DNA of 64,000 nucleotides from Candidatus Latescibacterota bacterium (GTDB lineage Bacteria; Latescibacterota; UBA2968; GCA-2709665): NCBI GenBank assembly GCA_965116875.1, contig OZ220733.1, positions 4,352,001 to 4,416,000 of the forward strand, read 5' to 3'. Shown piece by piece: positions 62,677 to 64,000 of this stretch (position 1 is its first letter; each line of letters starts with the position of its first letter). The notes under the pieces were generated by a model. It saw only the letters and a program-made list of their open reading frames with translations, ran no database searches and was not told where the DNA came from. The position numbers and the translations under genes were made by a program.

Positions 62677-63732
62677 ATGAGTTACGGCGTCGGATTGTTG
62701 GGAAACCGTGCCCACCAGATGAGCTATGGCCCGATTCTGGAAGCCCGCCGGGACTGCCGGATCGTCGCCGCTGCGGAACACAGGGCGGACAAGGCCGGCC
62801 CACTCGAGGAGCGGTTCGGGGTCGCCTGTGGCCCGGACTATGACGCGGTACTGGAAGATCCGGACGTACAGATTGTATCCATCGCCACCGACTTCTATCT
62901 GAAGCGCACCCTGATCGCGAAGGCGATTGCCTGCGGAAACCACGTGCTTGTGGATAAACCGCTGGCGCGAACCGTATCGGAAGCCAGGGAGATCGTCGAC
63001 GCTGCCGAAGGCTCGGGGACCAGGATCGTGTTGAGCTACCCCATTCGATTCGAGCCCGGGCTTGCGGCCCTCGCGCGGGGAATACGTTCGGGCGCCTATG
63101 CGAATATCACGTCCTATACGCATCACTTCGTTCGTCAGTTCAAGGACAGCGACCTGATGCAATACGTGAGCTACCCCACGCCGGTACACGTGAACGGCGG
63201 CGGCGAACTGATGAATCTGGGCAGTCACGCCGTGGACTATCTGCACCACCTGTTCGGCCTGCCCCGGCGCGTCTTCAGCAGCATGCGGAATGCCTATTGG
63301 GACGAGTACCGGGCGTTCGGAACGGAAGACATGGCGACGGTTGTGTGCGACTACGGAGAACTCGTCGCAACGCTGGTGACCGGCCGCAACAAGCTCGAGG
63401 AGGAAGGTCCGCCGGCGAACGCGGTGGATGTGACCGCGCAGGGCCGATGGATCCACGCTGAGCCCGATAAAATGCTGGTGAATGGCGTGCCTTCAGACTT
63501 GCCGGCGTCGCCCCTGCCGCAGTCGGAGGCGTGCGTGCAGGAGTTGATTGACTGTATTGAAGAGGATCGGGAACCCGTGATGGGCGTCACGGACGGTCTT
63601 GCGGTTGCCGAAATGACGACGGCGGCGTACCAGTCGGCGCAGACCGGCGAATTCGTGACGCTGCCGCTCGAAAACGCGAATCATCCGATGATCGACGCGG
63701 ATAAGCAGGTGATCGAGGGTTTTCTGGACTGA
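62677..63732 (+). CDS. Gfo/Idh/MocA oxidoreductase
   Basis: VDKPLA, GGGELMNLGSHAVD, TED.A. Confidence 0.88.
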   Translation: MSYGVGLLGNRAHQMSYGPILEARRDCRIVAAAEHRADKAGPLEERFGVACGPDYDAVLEDPDVQIVSIATDFYLKRTLIAKAIACGNHVLVDKPLARTVSEAREIVDAAEGSGTRIVLSYPIRFEPGLAALARGIRSGAYANITSYTHHFVRQFKDSDLMQYVSYPTPVHVNGGGELMNLGSHAVDYLHHLFGLPRRVFSSMRNAYWDEYRAFGTEDMATVVCDYGELVATLVTGRNKLEEEGPPANAVDVTAQGRWIHAEPDKMLVNGVPSDLPASPLPQSEACVQELIDCIEEDREPVMGVTDGLAVAEMTTAAYQSAQTGEFVTLPLENANHPMIDADKQVIEGFLD

Positions 63733-63905
63733 CGGTCCGATGCCGCTTCGGGTCCCTGGATGCATCCCGGACCCGTCTCCCCGGGGGGAAGGCCGTTCCG
63801 TTTCTCCGCGGATTTGGACACGGGTGAATTCGACAGAGAAGAGTTGCGTCAGACGGGCGGGAACGCCGTCGACAATCGGCCCGGGAGGTCAGCTTCCGGG
63901 CCGAT

Positions 63906-64000
63906 TCAGTCCATCAGGCGGGCATTGTACTGACGGGGGCCGGCACGATAGCCGGAGTAGGCGGTCGGGTCGAACGGCGCGGGCGTGTAGATGTAGACGG
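63906..64000 (-). CDS. 3' end of an unidentified gene cut by the window edge
   Basis: Open frame VYIYTPAPFDPTAYSGYRAGPRQYNARLMD* with GC-rich third positions. Confidence 0.5.
   Translation of the reverse strand, partial: VYIYTPAPFDPTAYSGYRAGPRQYNARLMD

Overview
GC-rich bacterial DNA with two distinct halves. The left ~43 kb is accessory-like. It holds large secreted repeat proteins (FN3/Ig, WD40-metalloprotease, LRR/FG-GAP, ankyrin, thermolysin-family protease), five of which carry a dockerin-like double EF-hand tag; a sixth tag is on the GH5 enzyme further right. It also holds cytoplasmic all-in-one GAF-PAS-kinase-REC-wHTH regulators, a tandem array of paralogues with a shared N-terminal helical module and variable C-termini (two are pseudogenes), and a PIN/Phd toxin-antitoxin pair ending at tRNA-Glu. 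The right part has a GH5/ferritin-like/cupin operon, a small GIY-YIG nuclease embedded in REP-like repeats, a family-5 ABC importer, tRNA-Arg and a glycan/uronate-type catabolic cluster. The dockerin-like and FlgD/T9SS-like tails plus many eukaryote-like repeat proteins suggest an FCB-group organism, possibly host-associated (inference only). The three best candidates for undescribed systems are: (1) a GIY-YIG gene within arrays of short hairpin elements that are nested up to four deep, with empty and filled alleles in the same window; (2) three divergent promoters with 11-bp-periodic TCACGAT boxes, each between a wHTH regulator (or its relic) and secreted-protein genes; (3) the polymorphic secreted-protein array with its own palindromic operator. 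All domain calls come from motif recognition by eye; no database searches were run.
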